Shown: positions 18,301 through 28,640 of the stretch, piece by piece
How the letters are laid out: each line of letters begins with the position of its first letter
Position numbering within the stretch: position 1 is the first letter of the stretch
Sequence record: NC_049851.1
Strand: one strand, 5' to 3'
DNA: 64,000 nucleotides
Translations under genes and position numbers: made by a program
Notes under the pieces: generated by a model
The model's database searches: none
What the model was told of the DNA's origin: nothing
The model's input: the letters and a program-made list of their open reading frames with translations, nothing else

Positions 18301-20146
18301 TGCTGGAGAACCCGTCACCGATACCCGTGGTATGACGCGTAAGGTAACCCATGCTGCGCGCTTTTGCAAGGTCTCGTCCGAGACGCGGGCAGTTGTCGGC
18401 ACCGAAAGGCATCACGTTGAACGGGGCGTCTGTGCGCTCGATGTACCTGTCGACGACATAGCGGTTCAGGACATCGGCCTCACGCTCGTGATCCACCAAG
18501 TCCAGAACCACGTCGATACGATCAGCCAGTGTCATTGCCATCGCAGCGCCTCTGCTTCGGTATCGGTGACGGGGATCGCGTCGACCAGATCGTAGGCAAC
18601 TTCTTTCGCCTCCATCACGTCCATGAATTTGGCCAGCGTGCTACCGACCCACGTACGCCGCTTGCCGTTGACTCGGTACACAACTTTCAGTTCCATACCA
18701 GCAGCCCCTTACAGGTGTTGAGCGGCCATGCGGCGCGCGGCCTCACGGATGCTGTTTTCGATGACTACGGCCTTAACCTCGCCTTCGAACTGCTCGTGCG
18801 CTTGCGCATGGATTGTCTTCGCGTTGATGCCGCAGCGCGCGAGATCGAATGCGAAGGCGACGATGCGCACATCGAAGTTGTCGACCTTGGTGTTGGCAAT
18901 GCTATGCAGCGAGGAAGAGGTCATACTTGGTCTCCTTTTCAAGAACCCTGTAACCGTTGACAAAATAGTGGGTGGGCGTTCGCGCACCCTTGATCTGGAC
19001 GATGACACGCACCGACTCGTGCGAACGTGGGCGGTACTCCAGCAAGTGGGCTTCGCGACCGTCGCGGGTCACGATGCGCGCACCAGTCGAAGCCGCGTCC
19101 ACGTCAAAAGGCAAAAGCCGAATCGTCATCACCGACCTCCATAACGAGAGAAGACAGTGTACAACGATTCGGCTTCGGGTGCAACTTATTCGTAGAAGAT
19201 CACGATGTCGACCACATCACCCTTCCCACTGGAGTGCGCGTAGTACCGGAACTGCGTGCCATCGTAACTCAGGTCCCAGTCGTGCATTCGGTCGTCGATG
19301 AAAACCGTACGATGATGAACCTTGCCCATTTCGTTCAATCCTTGCTCATCGAGCAAAAGACAGATCGAATCGACACGGCCTTTCACACACTTTGGCAACT
19401 CGTACCACTGGAAGCTGTCGTTCTGGACGCCCGTGACGATCACGCACTTCATTGCTTGCCATGCCTATAGAGGTGGCAGTGCGCTTCGTACGCTTGGCGT
19501 GCGAGCCCGATGGCCGCGTCCAGTTCGCGCGACGCGTGGTCCACGTGCAGCGTCGAAGACAGGACACCCTTGGTCTCGACCGTGAGTTTCGCCTTATACG
19601 TCAGCGTCTTGTCGTCGACCGAGATCACGAGCGCTGCGCCGTTCTTCGTGTCGTCGAACAGGACATACTCACCATCAACCTTGTCCTTGTAGACACTATC
19701 GGCAACGACACCGCCGATGGTCGAGTACAGGACAGTCATGCCCTTCTGGATCAGGGCCTCGCGCCACGCGGTGTGGAACGCGCGCAACTCGCTGTTCATT
19801 TCGGTAACACGTTCGCGTGCCTTCTTGCGGATGCTGTCGAGAACGGGGGTGTCGATACGCATTAGCTGCTCTCCTTGTCAAACTTCATGATGTCGATGTG
19901 TACGCCGATGGCTTCGTAGCTCTGCGATGCGTACACGGCCACGGCGTCGTCTACGATCAGGTACTCGTAGACGAGTTCCCCACCGTCTACCGGACGGCCC
20001 GTCAGGTAGACCACAACGTCTTCCAGCTTTGTGCCGTTCACGTTGGGCTTACGTGCGTACTGCGTGGCACCCTTCTCGATCCACCACTTGACACCCTGCT
20101 CGTTGATGAACATGGGTTCCGTATTGCGCAGATTCATGAAGCTCAT
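15370..20146 (-). other. run of small hypothetical ORFs (15370-15681, 15662-15922, 15922-16182, 16239-16478, 16496-17029, 17017-17325, 17322-17531, 17528-17749, 17746-18207, 18188-18541, 18532-18696, 18709-18924, 18902-19132, 19186-19452, 19449-19862, 19862-20146)
   Basis: Tightly packed with ATGA/TAATG overlaps and RBSs; internal promoter TTGCAC-17-TACACT at 19156-19184; 18188-18541 ends in a wHTH-like YRLTDMGR. Confidence 0.6.
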
Positions 20147-20439
20147 GCAGCCTCCTGTTGTGTTGCGGACGTGGCACATACCCACTCACTGGGTACGAAC
20201 CTGATACGTCCTTGAGGTGAAGTCAAGAACAGGGCCATGGCCGGGCTTATCTCCCGACCCTCCCTGCTCGGCGCTGGGTCACACTTCTCGAACCCGAGTT
20301 CCGGGTTGAGCGAATCGTCTAGATCACGGGCTCTCTCCCAACCGTTAAGCCAGAGGGAACGCGCGACGCCGGATTCAGGATTTTCATGTTGCCGTACACC
20401 ATCCCAGTATGCCTCGTAACCGGCGCGACGTGCGCCCAC
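20143..20439 (-). CDS. ribosome modulation factor (Rmf)-like protein
   Basis: RAGYEAYWDG....ENP......RSLWLNGWERA matches the RMF pattern GY.AG..G.....CPY....RS.WLGGW. Confidence 0.5.
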   Translation of the reverse strand: MGARRAGYEAYWDGVRQHENPESGVARSLWLNGWERARDLDDSLNPELGFEKCDPAPSREGREISPAMALFLTSPQGRIRFVPSEWVCATSATQQEAA

Positions 20440-20441
20440 GG

Positions 20442-20693
20442 TCAGCCTTTATGCTCGTCTGCAACCACCCGGAACTCCTTCAGGTGCTCCGCGTCCATGA
20501 GGCGCACGATCCGGCTCACTCTGGCGGCCACGGATCGGCATCGCGACTGATACTCGTCGAGGCGATCGATCTCGCTCGCGCTGCGCGACGTGAAGGCCGC
20601 GCGTTCTGCCCACCGGGCTTTATCATAGGCGACACCAGCGATGAAGAGCAGGTCAGCCTTACTGAGTTCCTTGTTCAGATCGATACTGCTCAC
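20442..20693 (-). CDS. hypothetical protein, paralogue of 20690-20923
   Basis: DLNKELS..DL..A...Y..AR.AERA. Confidence 0.65.
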   Translation of the reverse strand: MSSIDLNKELSKADLLFIAGVAYDKARWAERAAFTSRSASEIDRLDEYQSRCRSVAARVSRIVRLMDAEHLKEFRVVADEHKG

Positions 20694-20923
20694 AGTACAC
20701 CTCCGATTTGGGGCAACTTAGCGGCATCACGCAGACGCACTGCGCGGCTAAGCTTGTCTGCCAAACGACGCCGCTTGCACGCCTCTTCCAAGAACGGCAG
20801 TTCTTCTTTGGCAGTGGGGGCTTCGTACCCTGCGCGCTCGGCTCGGCGGGCATCGGCGTAGAGGATGTTGGCGGCCAGAATGAGGTCGCTCGTGCTGAGT
20901 TCCTTGTTCAGATCGAGTTCCAT
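20690..20923 (-). CDS. hypothetical protein, paralogue of 20442-20693
   Basis: Same motif; promoter TTGCAA-16-TACAAT at 20951-20978. Confidence 0.65.
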   Translation of the reverse strand: MELDLNKELSTSDLILAANILYADARRAERAGYEAPTAKEELPFLEEACKRRRLADKLSRAVRLRDAAKLPQIGGVL

Positions 20924-20994
20924 GCAATCTCCTAATCAGTTGATGCACGTATTGTACACGGATCACACACAATTGCAAGCGGGAAACACAAAAC

Positions 20995-21025
20995 AAAAAA
21001 GCCCGGCGGGGGACCGGGCTTTTTC
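20995..21025. terminator. bidirectional terminator
   Basis: A6-GCCCGG/CCGGGC-T run. Confidence 0.75.
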
Positions 21026-21048
21026 TTATGCTCGTGGCGCGACGTGTA

Positions 21049-21405
21049 TTACAGCGGGGCTGCGCCCGTCGGGAACGGATACGGCGACGACGGGATCGGC
21101 TTGGCGGTGACGACCGCTGCGTCTGCCGGGGCCGAGACGTTGATCGGTTGCGTGCCAGCCGGAGCCTTGGTGTTGACCGCGATGCCTGCCGGGACCGTCG
21201 ACGGTTGTGCCGTGAACGTGTTGCTGCCGATCACGAGCGTCGTTTCGGCTGCGACGCCTGCGTTCGTGAGCGCACGCGCCTTGCTGCGGACCAGACCGTT
21301 GGCCATCAGGAACTTGACTGCCGGTTCTTTTGCCGTGAAGCTCTGGCTCTTGGCCGATGCGGTGCCTGCGTTGACCGTGACGTTCAGGATGTTCTTCGTG
21401 CTCAT
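21049..21405 (-). CDS. Ala/Thr/Pro-rich hypothetical protein
   Basis: 118 aa, strong RBS AGGAG, biased codon usage suggests high expression. Confidence 0.65.
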   Translation of the reverse strand: MSTKNILNVTVNAGTASAKSQSFTAKEPAVKFLMANGLVRSKARALTNAGVAAETTLVIGSNTFTAQPSTVPAGIAVNTKAPAGTQPINVSAPADAAVVTAKPIPSSPYPFPTGAAPL

Positions 21406-21460
21406 TTGCTTCTCCTTTCAGGTTGGTTGGTACTACTCTCTCACTACAGGCTGAAGTCTA

Positions 21461-24387
21461 TCAGCCGAACAGCTTGCTGTAAAGCTCTTTTTCCTCTGCT
21501 GCTACACGCGCTGCCTCACGCGCTTCTTCGATCTGACGCCGGATGTCCGACACGATGCGTCGCTTCTGGTGCTCGATGAAGACTTCCAGTTCGTTAAGCG
21601 GGAACACGATGTTCGCGAACACTTCCCGCACACGGCCATCGCGGTCGATGGTACGGAACGTGACGGTGGTATCGCTCTCGATATCCGCCTCCACAGTGTA
21701 CCACGAGAATTCCTTGATGTGGCCGAAGCCGCAGTAGATAGCACCACGTTCTTGTGCCCAGCGTGCCGTTTCCTCGCCTACGAAACCGAGGGTGCCGTAC
21801 ACCTCGTTCAGCGTGTTGCGATTCTGCCGCACGAATGTCGAGAACAGACCATGACGGTCGCTCTTGTCACGCACCCGAATCGGGAACAGTTCTTCGCGCA
21901 CCGCCGCGATAAGCTCTTGGTCAACTTCCACCGTCTTGCTCCTTGTCGTTAAGTCGATGAAGTGAATTATACAGGTTCTGAAGATCAGTGCAAGTGTTTT
22001 TCACTTTCTTTTTACTACACTCCCTTAATCAGCTTCGGGGTATCGTGTGCGCGATTCACATCGCAGTGTACAGCCTCACCGCGCTCGAAGCGTCGGTAGT
22101 GATGCCACATGCAATGTGGACATTCAAGTATGAGGTCCCCCGTCACGTCGCGCCCCAAGCTGACTCGGAACCAGCGACCACAGTGCTTACAGTAGTGGTG
22201 GTCGATCATTTGCGGTGCGCTTTTGCTTTCTTTTTCGACGCATGGGTGTGAACGCGTTCAGGCTTCACGTTCCGGGCACGAGCAACGGTCGCGGCACGAG
22301 CCTTCTGGAGTGGCGGGGCCACGTACTGCTTCTGCTCTTTGCAGAATACGCGATCTTCCGAGGTGTACTGACCAGCAGCGTCGACGGAACGTGAGTTCGG
22401 GGCCACGATCTGCGTCATGGACGCAGCAGCCTCGTCACACACCTGCTTCGACGTGTACTGCTGCGAGTTCGGGACCTGCGTCTCCTGCATCTTGAACGCT
22501 ATCTTCCCGTTCAGCAGGAGGACCGTGGCGGTTGTCAGGATGTACGTGGTTAGCGTCATCCGAACAACTCGCGCAACGTGGGAACGAGGTCCGCGTACTT
22601 GAGGGTGTCGATCTCGCGGATCAACACGTCTTCACCGATGTCCGAATAGACTTCGGCGCGGATGCCCTTGCTCTTGAGGAATTCAGCCAGTCGGTTGGCC
22701 TCGGCAACACCGCGACTGTCGGGACGGAACGTCTGGATCACGATCATCGTGTTGTCGTCCACACGCTCGCTGGCAAAGCGCTCGCGACGGTGGGCGCACG
22801 AGGGCCCGGGCAGGCAGTGACCACCGGTCATGAAGCAGCGGAAGCCGTTGTTCGTAACACCGGTTTGAGCCACAACGACCTCACGCAGCGGGCACTCAGC
22901 AGCGTCGTAGCCCGGGTGGTTGTGGAACGGTGCGGAGCCCGGCAGCAGAGTCGACGAACACGGCAGGTCTTCGTTACGGATCGGGTTCATGGAAAGTTCT
23001 CGAAAGTTGGGATACCCGAATCATAGCGCAGCAACACATGAAACGCAAGGGCCAAAAGAAAAACCCGGCACTGGGCCGGGTCTGGTTACTGCTCGACTGA
23101 TTCGTACTTCACGAGAAAGGCGCGAGTCACACGCGAGCGATATGCTTGACCGCCAGTGCGTTGCGCCGCTTTCTCTGCCGCACCCATGGTCTTGAAGACC
23201 GCGAGGTATCCGTCGACACACAGGTGGGGCTTTCCGGACGAGGGGAGGATGTGAATGCCCTCACCGCGCTTTAGGCCCCCGCGCATCAGGCGCTCAGGTC
23301 AAGGCCACGTGCCTTGAAGAAGTCGTGGATGATCTCCAGACCCTCGGCCGCTTGCTTGTAGCCTTCTGCGGCCAGTGCCTCGTTGCGGCCCGGCAGCGCA
23401 TCATCCATCTTGCGGAAGCCGAGGCGCAGGAGCGTCAGGCCCTCGGCCCAGTCGCGGATGACCGGGAAACCTGCGGCGGTTGCCGCGTCTTGTTCTTTCT
23501 GGTTGTACGGCTGAACGTTCATCTTGATTCCTTGTTGAAGGGCGCAGAGTTTGGCCCAAAAGTCGGGGTCGGGTGCCGGGTCTGGCTTCGGCGTCCCGTC
23601 CTCGTTAAAACAGTAGAAGCCGCCTTCGCAACCTAGTGCGAGACAGCCTCCGGGTTTGCAGTCTTTCACTCTTGTACCTCGAAGAACATATTGGCGATTG
23701 CTTCGCATGTGCGGTACGCCACCTCGTTCGGGGACGCAGGCACGAACGGGTCGACCGCGCGACCGCGAACGTTAATGTGCAGCGTGCCGTCGTCCTTGAA
23801 ATTGAGAATGGTGCCCCGATTTGCGAGCACGACGCGCGCGAAGTCATCGCCCATGACCAGCGGATTGAAGTAGCGCATGCGGCCCGTCTCATCCCTTACG
23901 TGCACGGCAACTGCGTCACGCACGCGGTACGTCATGTAGTCGAATCCAGATGCCCGGCAGCAGGTCCGGATCACCGAGATATCATGCTGGCTGTGGGAAA
24001 CCTTCATGCGCTCACCGCTAACGTTCCGTCGTCTTCGGGCCACTCGTCGGCCTCCGACGGCCCCGCGCCATCCTCGTCACCGAAGTCGGCGTCATCGTCG
24101 AGGTGCTGCGTCTCGACATCGGTCACGTGGTCGGCTTCGAACGTGATGAGTTCGGGCATCGAGCCGAGGTAGTAGTCGGTGTAACCCATCCACCCCTTCT
24201 GCGCCGAACCCGAGCCCGGGTAGATGTCAGCGTAGGTCAGGAAACACGGGTGCTCGTACCCGGCCCAATCGCCCTCTGCGATCAGCGGGCTTGTGCCGTC
24301 CGGACCCACACCGATCTCGACGGCTACCAGACGATGGATCGTGTCACCCCACGAACCGGCCTTGTACTCATGAATCAGCTTCATCAT
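21461..24387 (-). other. run of small hypothetical ORFs (21461-21931, 22015-22209 zinc ribbon CKHC/CPHC, 22206-22559, 22556-22990, 23086-23286, 23286-23708, 23666-24043, 24004-24387)
   Basis: Coupled ORFs; promoters TTGCAC-16-TATAAT (21966-21993) and TTGCGT-17-TATGAT (23020-23048); terminator ACCCGGC/GCCGGGT near 23061-23081. Confidence 0.6.
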
Positions 24388-25379
24388 TCCTCCAGATAGG
24401 TTTTCAGCTTCGCGAAAAGCTTAGTGACTTGATTCTCGGTGAAACCAAAGTGTTCACGTGCGCGCTCAATGTAACGGGTGTAGTCCATTGAGTCAACAGC
24501 GGACGCATTGTCACGCTTTAGAAATTCCGAGAAATCTCGATCATGGTGTCCAGCACAGATCAGAAGAAACCGTTGCACATCGGGCCGCATGTTTTTCGAA
24601 AGCTGGACCAACGTCGTAAGGCTGTCGCGCAAGCCGCCCATGTACTGATCAGGAGCCGCCATATTCGAAAGCGCTTCGGTCGTAACCAGCCTCGATTCAA
24701 ACTCACCTTTGTCGCCACCGCTCTTTAGCTGAAGGCGCTGACGGCTCGGATTCGTGTGATACGAGATCAGCGTCTTACCCGTGTTCGAGATCGTGGTCTT
24801 GGCCACGTTCGTGATGTGCAATTCCGAGTCGAAGCGCGGGTACTTCAGATACATGGCACGCAGCGCCTGCGTCGTCATGTCGTTCTTCAGGTCCTCGCGC
24901 TTCAGCCCGAAAGCAGGCTTCATCAGGAACTTCATCTTCTTATTCATGAACTTTCCAATGTAGCCGGATCGTTCAAGTTCCTCGATCACTCCGTAAACCT
25001 TGGCCTGCCACGTTGCCAACCGGTACGCTGGGTACTTGAAGGGCAGATGGTTCAGGTTGAGACGACGAAGAAACCTAGCATCGTCCGCGTCGATCTTGAA
25101 ATCGATGGCACGGGGCTTCTCTCCACCCATGCGATGGCGGAAATATGCCCATGCGTACAGCTTGCAATTGCAAAGCACGTAACCCGTGGCCCCTTGCAGG
25201 TCGATACCAATGCCTTCGGCACGGATAACGGCCAACACGCGGTCCACGGATTCGGGTTCGATCTCACGCAACGTCGCGACCAGTGAATCTTGGTCGCGTC
25301 GCCCAAACAGGTAGGCGAAGGTCGCGCCTGCAAGCACGGGGAAGTTCTCTTCCCTGAAACCGAAAATCTCCTTGAGCAT
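24384..25379 (-). CDS. putative divergent sigma factor-like protein
   Basis: YIGKFM..K.KFL...F.LKREDLKNDM..QALRAM...PRFD..LH.TNVAK.TI.N resembles sigma region 2 / T4 gp55-type. Confidence 0.4.
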   Translation of the reverse strand: MLKEIFGFREENFPVLAGATFAYLFGRRDQDSLVATLREIEPESVDRVLAVIRAEGIGIDLQGATGYVLCNCKLYAWAYFRHRMGGEKPRAIDFKIDADDARFLRRLNLNHLPFKYPAYRLATWQAKVYGVIEELERSGYIGKFMNKKMKFLMKPAFGLKREDLKNDMTTQALRAMYLKYPRFDSELHITNVAKTTISNTGKTLISYHTNPSRQRLQLKSGGDKGEFESRLVTTEALSNMAAPDQYMGGLRDSLTTLVQLSKNMRPDVQRFLLICAGHHDRDFSEFLKRDNASAVDSMDYTRYIERAREHFGFTENQVTKLFAKLKTYLEE

Positions 25380-25411
25380 GACCTACTCCCTACACTACGT
25401 TGATGAAGCGC

Positions 25412-26530
25412 TTACTCGCCCGTCTTGAGCAAATACGAATTCGAAATCGCCTTAAAGCTGAAACCCGACTCCGCATGCTTGTAAACCTTGCCTTCAGCGG
25501 GCTTGCCGTTGATGCCCTTGTGCTCGGCGCGTGCCAGCAGATCGGCCTTCGTCTTCGCGATGTCGTACAGGCGGAAGTGGCCACCGACCGGAACGTGCTT
25601 GATGCCGAGTTCCTGAGCCAGATGCTCGACCTGAACCGGCGTCAGGTATTCCTGCGCGTCAATGTCCCACACGTCGTACAGGAAGAACGCGTGCGTGTCT
25701 GCCGGGAAGCCTTCGAAGTTCGACTGGATCGACGAACCGCACATTTCACCTTGAAGCGCGAGCGAGCGGCCGAGTGCTGCCGTCTTCTCCAGAAGTTGCT
25801 CCTGACGCGCAATGCGCCAGAACATGTTGTCTTCGGTCTCGACGAGATCGAGGTTGCGCGAGCACACGCTTTGCACGAGTTCCGGAAGCGCACCGTTTTC
25901 GTCAGCCTTTGCAAAACCAGCAAAGTACGGGCTGCTCGGAAGCAGAGTGTACGCGGTCAGCGACGAGCCGTCCATCTTCGTCGTTTCTTGGAAGACCTCT
26001 TCGCCCCACTTCTCGAACAGATCGCGGATGTTCTGCACGCGCTCCTGATCGGTCTTCGGGATGAAGTGCGGGAAGTTGCCGCGTGCGGTGCCGCGCAGGT
26101 TCGCGGGCAGCACCTTTTCCCACTTGACGATGCCCAGCGTTTCCGTCAGATCGACTTCAGCGATCTGCTCGTCGGTCAGGTCGGCCGCGCGATACGTCTT
26201 GTCCTCGACGCTGAAGTCGCTCAGTTCGGGGTACAGCGACAGCGGGAGCAGCAGGCCCTGCGAGAGTTGGCCTTTCAGCTTCATCGACTTGATGCGGGCA
26301 CCGCGCTTGCCCTCGAACGTGATGAAGCGCGGTTCGAGGAACGCATAGCGCTCGTCGTCGGCCGACAGGAACGAGTCGATTTCGAAATAGACGCCGATAT
26401 CGCCCACCTTGAATTCACCCTTCTTGACGACGCATTGCCAGCCGTCGATGAGGGCGAGTTCGATGAGATCGGCACCCGTGATCGGTTCGAGTGCGGTGAC
26501 GCGACGGAACGTTGCGAGTTTGCGAGTCAT
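25412..26530 (-). CDS. ATP-dependent RNA ligase, DRB0094 family
   Basis: RKLAT...I.GAD.IE...IDGWQCVVKKGEFKVGD..VYFEIDSFL; motif I TKMDGSS; QGE; EGKVYK; FKAISN.YLLK. Confidence 0.88.
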   Translation of the reverse strand: MTRKLATFRRVTALEPITGADLIELALIDGWQCVVKKGEFKVGDIGVYFEIDSFLSADDERYAFLEPRFITFEGKRGARIKSMKLKGQLSQGLLLPLSLYPELSDFSVEDKTYRAADLTDEQIAEVDLTETLGIVKWEKVLPANLRGTARGNFPHFIPKTDQERVQNIRDLFEKWGEEVFQETTKMDGSSLTAYTLLPSSPYFAGFAKADENGALPELVQSVCSRNLDLVETEDNMFWRIARQEQLLEKTAALGRSLALQGEMCGSSIQSNFEGFPADTHAFFLYDVWDIDAQEYLTPVQVEHLAQELGIKHVPVGGHFRLYDIAKTKADLLARAEHKGINGKPAEGKVYKHAESGFSFKAISNSYLLKTGE

Positions 26531-26551
26531 GTGTTTGTTGCCTCCTTGGCG

Positions 26552-27250
26552 TTAAACGTTGAATGCGATTTCGTCGGTGCGCTTGCGCCGACGCGTTGCC
26601 TTACCTTCTGCCGGTGCCTCGTCCTTCGTCAGGAACCACTCGGGGACCGCATCGAGCGACGGCGGTTCATACGCTTCGACGACGCTCGACTTCTTGATCA
26701 CCTTGTTCGACGGATCGAACACCAGACCTTGCTCGCGCAGGGACGCGCGTTTCTGCTTCCACTGCGAGAACGTGAGCAGCGAACCCGATTCGATGGACTC
26801 GGGGGGCATGTACATCGTGAACGACTTGCCGCGCTGCTGGCGGTCGGGGGAGCCGATCAGAATAACCTGCCCCTTCGACGTATAGCCCGCGACGTAGCCC
26901 ACCAGATAATTCGACACGTACTCGGTGCCGACGCAGAAGTAGAACTTCTGGCCCGGTTCGTACTGCTTTTTCTTCTGACGCAGGAGCGCGGTCGCGATCC
27001 GGCGTTGCTTCGGATTCCAGTTTCGGAACAACGTCACGAATTGCACGAACTGATCCGAGTTACCGCAGAGTTGCGTGGCGTCAGGCGTGTAGCAGGACGG
27101 GGCCACGGCCCCGGCCTTAATGCCTTCATCCTTGCAGATTTTCTCGTGGTCACTGTGGCGGTGTGCTTCCCAATGGAGGCATTCGCCACAGCGATAGCTG
27201 TCGGTCAACGCCTTGGGGAGCGCGGAAGTCAGCGAGTCTTTCTTTTGCAC
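26552..27250 (-). CDS. hypothetical protein with N-terminal Cys cluster
   Basis: CGECLHW..C..C; promoter TTGACA-17-TAGACT at 27308-27336. Confidence 0.65.
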   Translation of the reverse strand: MQKKDSLTSALPKALTDSYRCGECLHWEAHRHSDHEKICKDEGIKAGAVAPSCYTPDATQLCGNSDQFVQFVTLFRNWNPKQRRIATALLRQKKKQYEPGQKFYFCVGTEYVSNYLVGYVAGYTSKGQVILIGSPDRQQRGKSFTMYMPPESIESGSLLTFSQWKQKRASLREQGLVFDPSNKVIKKSSVVEAYEPPSLDAVPEWFLTKDEAPAEGKATRRRKRTDEIAFNV

Positions 27251-27332
27251 TTTGCGTCCTTTCGTGGTTGGTGTCAGAAAGGGGCCCGCAGACCCCGAAT
27301 TAACAGCAGTCTATTACAGCAAGACTTGCGTG

Positions 27333-27665
27333 TCAAGCACCAACGATACGAGAGGTCGGGACTTTGATGCCCGTGGTTTTCGTCACGTAGCTCGCGATCA
27401 GGTCTTCCGGGCACTGGCGCACGAACAACACCATGTCGTGCGGCATCGGGAACTCGTCGAGAGCGCCGAACACCTTGTGGTTCGAGAGGTACGGCGTGAG
27501 CATGACGCCGGTAGCGCCGTTGGGGCCCACGCCCGGGACCGCATGAAGTTCGAACGGCTTGTCGAGGCCGAGTTGCTTGTCGTTCTCGCCTGCGTAGCGT
27601 GCGATCACGGTCTGGCCGTTCTTGAGGTGGACCGCGATCACGGGCTGTTTCTGTGCTTCACTCAT
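27333..27665 (-). CDS. Sm/Hfq-like fold protein (putative)
   Basis: VIAVHLKNGQTVIARY......L.L.KP pattern. Confidence 0.45.
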   Translation of the reverse strand: MSEAQKQPVIAVHLKNGQTVIARYAGENDKQLGLDKPFELHAVPGVGPNGATGVMLTPYLSNHKVFGALDEFPMPHDMVLFVRQCPEDLIASYVTKTTGIKVPTSRIVGA

Positions 27666-28131
27666 TACCGAAATTTCTCCTATACATGTTTTCTAGTGCG
27701 AGATAGAGGATGGATTCACGCGACTTGCACTTGGGGTACACCTTCTTGAGCCTGTCGACCATCGCCTTCTGCTTACCGGTCAGTCGCAACATCACGAGCG
27801 CCGGTTTATTCGGATCGCCCTTTGTCGCGGCCCACGCATTGTACACGACGGTCGCAAGTTCGAGCAATCTAGTTGCAGCCTTAGCAGGTTCCCCCTTCAG
27901 CAAATCGAAGTGCGGTTTGCCGGACTGGAGACGCAGTGCGATAGCGTGCACACGGTTGTGGTGGTCAGCGCAAAGGGTGACGGTGGGGCCGTCGGTGCCA
28001 CCGAAGTTACGGGGCACCACGTGATGCACTTCCCGGGATGCGGGTCCGGGCGGGACCGAATCCGTAAATCGCTGCTCGCACACATAGCAGTGCGGAAGGA
28101 TCACGTGTTTGACTTGTTGGTCAGCCGCCAT
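27658..28131 (-). CDS. HNH endonuclease with possible C-terminal ribbon-helix-helix
   Basis: CYVC..EVHHVVPRNFGGTDGPTVTLCADHHNRVH. Confidence 0.8.
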   Translation of the reverse strand: MAADQQVKHVILPHCYVCEQRFTDSVPPGPASREVHHVVPRNFGGTDGPTVTLCADHHNRVHAIALRLQSGKPHFDLLKGEPAKAATRLLELATVVYNAWAATKGDPNKPALVMLRLTGKQKAMVDRLKKVYPKCKSRESILYLALENMYRRNFGNE

Positions 28132-28630
28132 AGGACTTGGCGGTGTCTTGGTAATAGTCCGAGGACGGAGCATACCGGTAGTCGCGCGTAAGCTGCACTT
28201 CGTGGCTGAACGTGAGCATGCGACGGTCGATAGTGCCAAGCACGTGCGTGATGCTGTTGACGAACGTGCGGACGTGGCGCTTGAGCGGGACCATATGCGG
28301 CACCAGCACCATGTGCGGGAAGTAGAGATTCCCGTAGAACTCGTTCGGAGCCTCTTCGCGCAGGTCTTGAGCCCGAGTCAGCAGATCATCGCTGGACAGC
28401 GGCAGGATCAGCGACGAGTCACCGAGGGCCGTGTCGTACCAGATGCCCATATAGCCGGGCCGTGCACGATACACTGCACCCGTGTCGTCGAGCTTCATTT
28501 CGGTCTCGGAGATATTGAGCGAGACATAGGCCGCATCGAAGTTCACCTCGAACGGGCAACCGTTGAACACGGTGCGCAAGTAGTCCAGAGTTTCGTTCGT
28601 GGGAAGGGCCATCGTTTCGTACAGTTTCAT
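28121..28630 (-). CDS. 2H phosphoesterase-fold protein, Acb1/T4 57B-like, with degenerate catalytic motifs
   Basis: ETLDYL, GYMGIW, SSLILPLSS..L..R, YFPHMVL line up with Acb1 segments recalled from memory. Confidence 0.55.
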   Translation of the reverse strand: MKLYETMALPTNETLDYLRTVFNGCPFEVNFDAAYVSLNISETEMKLDDTGAVYRARPGYMGIWYDTALGDSSLILPLSSDDLLTRAQDLREEAPNEFYGNLYFPHMVLVPHMVPLKRHVRTFVNSITHVLGTIDRRMLTFSHEVQLTRDYRYAPSSDYYQDTAKSYGG

Positions 28631-28640
28631 TCATTCACCT

